A DNA stretch of 64,000 bases, from contig CAXBME010000034.1 in assembly GCA_963976765.1 (NCBI GenBank), positions 1-64,000 on the forward strand. The letters are read 5' to 3'. Within the stretch, counting starts at the first letter, position 1, and every line of letters starts with the position of its first letter. Source of the stretch: an uncultured Planctomycetaceae bacterium (GTDB lineage: Bacteria; Planctomycetota; Planctomycetia; Planctomycetales; Planctomycetaceae). The notes under the pieces are model-generated. The model made no database searches, was not told the origin of the DNA, and worked only from the letters and a program-made list of their open reading frames with translations. Shown here one piece after another: positions 61,671-64,000 of this stretch. A program made the translations under genes and the position numbers.

Positions 61671-63620
61671 ATGTCACACCACTCAGACCTGATCGCAACC
61701 GACATCGAAGCGTACCTGAAGCAGCATGAGCAAAAGCAGTTGTTGCGGTTCATCACGTGTGGCAGTGTCGATGACGGAAAAAGCACGCTCATCGGTCGGC
61801 TGCTGTTCGACTCCAAGATGCTTTACGAAGACGAACTGGCACGGATCGAGGCCGATTCCAAAACTCAAGGGGCCGTCGGCGGAAAATTTGACCCCGCGCT
61901 GGCCACGGACGGACTGAAAGAAGAACGGGAACAGGGAATCACGATCGACGTCGCCTACCGTTACTTCAGTACGGCCAAACGCAAATTCATCATCGCGGAC
62001 ACCCCGGGGCACGAACAATACACTCGTAACATGGCAACGGGAGCGAGTTCTGCAGATCTCGCGGTCATTCTGATTGACGCTCGGCATGGGGTGATGACTC
62101 AGACCAAACGGCACAGTTTTATCGTGTCTTTGCTCGGCATTCGGCATGTCATCATCGCCATCAACAAGATGGACCTTGTTGATTTTGATGAAGCCACCTA
62201 CGACAAGATCTGCGCCGACTACAGTGCATTCTCTCGACGTCTTGATCTGCCGGATCTCTACTTTATCCCATTGTCTGCGCTCAATGGCGATAACGTTGTG
62301 GACCGCAGTGAAAATATGCCCTGGTACAACGGCGGAACGCTGATGAACCGGCTCGAATCCGTCTACATCGGTTCCGACAGAAATCTGCAGGACTTTCGGA
62401 TGCCCGTCCAATGGGTCAACCGGCCTGATCTGGACTTCCGCGGCTTCTGCGGCACCATCGCTTCCGGAATCATCCGCAAGGGCGATGAAGTAATGGTCAT
62501 GCCCAGCAAGAAGACGACTCATGTCAAAGAGATCGTCACTTTTGACGGCAACATGGACGAAGCCTATGCACCGCTTGCGGTCACTCTGACTTTCGAAGAC
62601 GAAGTTGATGCCAGCCGAGGCGACATGATCGTGAAGCCCGGCAACGTTCCAGCAACATCTGACACCGTTGAAGCAATGCTGGTCTGGATGGCTGAAGAGC
62701 CAATGGTCCCCGGCAAAACCTACATCGTGAAGCACTCGACTCAATTGATTACCGGTTCCATCGAATCTCTGCGTTACCGAATCGACGTGAACACGTTGCA
62801 CAGCAGCCCTGCGCCACAACTGAATTTGAATGAGATCGGTCGCTGCCGGCTTTGCCTGAACGAAACCATCTGCTTCGATTCATACAAAAACAATCGCTCC
62901 ACAGGCGCACTGATTCTCATTGATCGGATCACGAATGCGACCGTGGCTGCGGCGATGATCCTGGATCGAAGTTCCGGCGGGAAGAGGCTGGCAGCGTGGG
63001 AAGAGGAGATTGCCGTTGAAGAAGATGCTCAAGAAGCTGACGTCCTCAACGTCGTCACTCCCGAAGAACGCGAATCCCGCTATGGACAGAAACCAGTTAC
63101 CGTATTGCTGACAGGTCTGACAAGCAGTGGTAAGACAACGATCGCTCAGGCGGTTGAACGTAAGTTATTTGATAGCGGGCGAGCGGTCACCGTCCTTGAT
63201 GGACAGCAGGTTCGCCGAGGGCTCAGCAAAGATCTTGGCTTCAGCTTCGAAGAGCGATCAGAGAACCTGCGCCGATCGGCCCATCTTGCCAACATTCTGA
63301 ACGACGCTGGCATCATCTGCATTGCCGCGTTTGTGGCCCCGAACGCAACGGTTCGCGACAAAGTGGCCGGAGTGATTGGTACCGACAGATTCCTGACAGT
63401 TCACGTCGACGCCCCTGTTGAATTGTGTCGCCAACGCGATTCTCGCGGGCAGTACGCTGAGGCCGATGCAGGCAGGTTGACAGAATTTTCTGGAGACACT
63501 GCCCCCTACGAAGTTCCGGAATCGCCTGACCTGGTGCTGAAGACTGGTGAGCAGTCGGTTGAAGAATGTGCAAACGCTGTCATCGCACTACTGACGTCAA
63601 AAGGCTTCCTGCGATCCTGA
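61671..63620 (+). CDS. cysNC: Bifunctional sulfate adenylyltransferase subunit 1 / APS kinase
   Basis: [29 protein letters not shown]-terminal [19 protein letters not shown]. Confidence 0.95.
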   Translation: MSHHSDLIATDIEAYLKQHEQKQLLRFITCGSVDDGKSTLIGRLLFDSKMLYEDELARIEADSKTQGAVGGKFDPALATDGLKEEREQGITIDVAYRYFSTAKRKFIIADTPGHEQYTRNMATGASSADLAVILIDARHGVMTQTKRHSFIVSLLGIRHVIIAINKMDLVDFDEATYDKICADYSAFSRRLDLPDLYFIPLSALNGDNVVDRSENMPWYNGGTLMNRLESVYIGSDRNLQDFRMPVQWVNRPDLDFRGFCGTIASGIIRKGDEVMVMPSKKTTHVKEIVTFDGNMDEAYAPLAVTLTFEDEVDASRGDMIVKPGNVPATSDTVEAMLVWMAEEPMVPGKTYIVKHSTQLITGSIESLRYRIDVNTLHSSPAPQLNLNEIGRCRLCLNETICFDSYKNNRSTGALILIDRITNATVAAAMILDRSSGGKRLAAWEEEIAVEEDAQEADVLNVVTPEERESRYGQKPVTVLLTGLTSSGKTTIAQAVERKLFDSGRAVTVLDGQQVRRGLSKDLGFSFEERSENLRRSAHLANILNDAGIICIAAFVAPNATVRDKVAGVIGTDRFLTVHVDAPVELCRQRDSRGQYAEADAGRLTEFSGDTAPYEVPESPDLVLKTGEQSVEECANAVIALLTSKGFLRS

Positions 63621-63726
63621 CGCGAGGCGACGAGTCGATTTCGCCGCGATGCTGGAAAGCCAGGCAGCCTTCCACACGCGGCTTCAATTGAGTCTCACGA
63701 GTTCGAGTCTCACAAACGAAAATGAG

Positions 63727-63764
63727 AAACGGCACGAACTGGACATCCAGCTCGTGCCGTTTTT
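63727..63764 (+). terminator. Probable terminator after cysNC
   Basis: aaacggcacgaactgga-ca-tccagctcgtgccgttttt. Confidence 0.65.
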
Positions 63765-64000
63765 GTGTGGGAATTCTGCTGTTACCGACCCTCCGACGAG
63801 TTCGTGAATTTCCAGATCGTCGGGCGTGGCTTGTCGAAAAAATCACAGTCTCTCTGAGTGAGGATTCGACGTATCGTGGACAAGAGCCAGCTCACCGTGC
63901 GGAAAGGCCGCTCAAACAGCGTCGCGAAAGTTCTACAGTTGTCACAGATGTTGCGTTTCAGAGTGCAGGTGACGCCACGCTTCGGCAACCAGCGTTTCGT

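Overview
GC-rich chromosomal segment of a Planctomycetota bacterium, probably Planctomycetaceae. The assignment rests on DUF1549/DUF1553, DUF1592/DUF1588 and DUF1501-type proteins, a PVC-type heme protein, sulfatases and a DWG-type Ser/Thr kinase. Housekeeping genes include folK, a topo IV-like type IIA topoisomerase pair in A-then-B order, mnmA, fabZ, cysD and cysNC. Accessory content: (1) a decayed, deletion-fused malonate operon (madL-madM'-'matB); (2) three co-oriented secreted Pro/Tyr/Cys-rich unknown proteins, one with a strictly periodic cysteine ladder; (3) a Zn-ribbon/coiled-coil MotA/ExbB-like channel with two dissimilar ExbD/MotB-like partners; (4) a CDP-sugar/double C-methyltransferase/GT2 cluster; (5) an FHA protein with xxGMP low-complexity repeats; (6) a deletion remnant of a TIR...DUF4365-nuclease putative defence gene. 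I saw no rRNA, tRNA, CRISPR array or transposase. All family calls are by motif recognition from the sequence; no searches were run.
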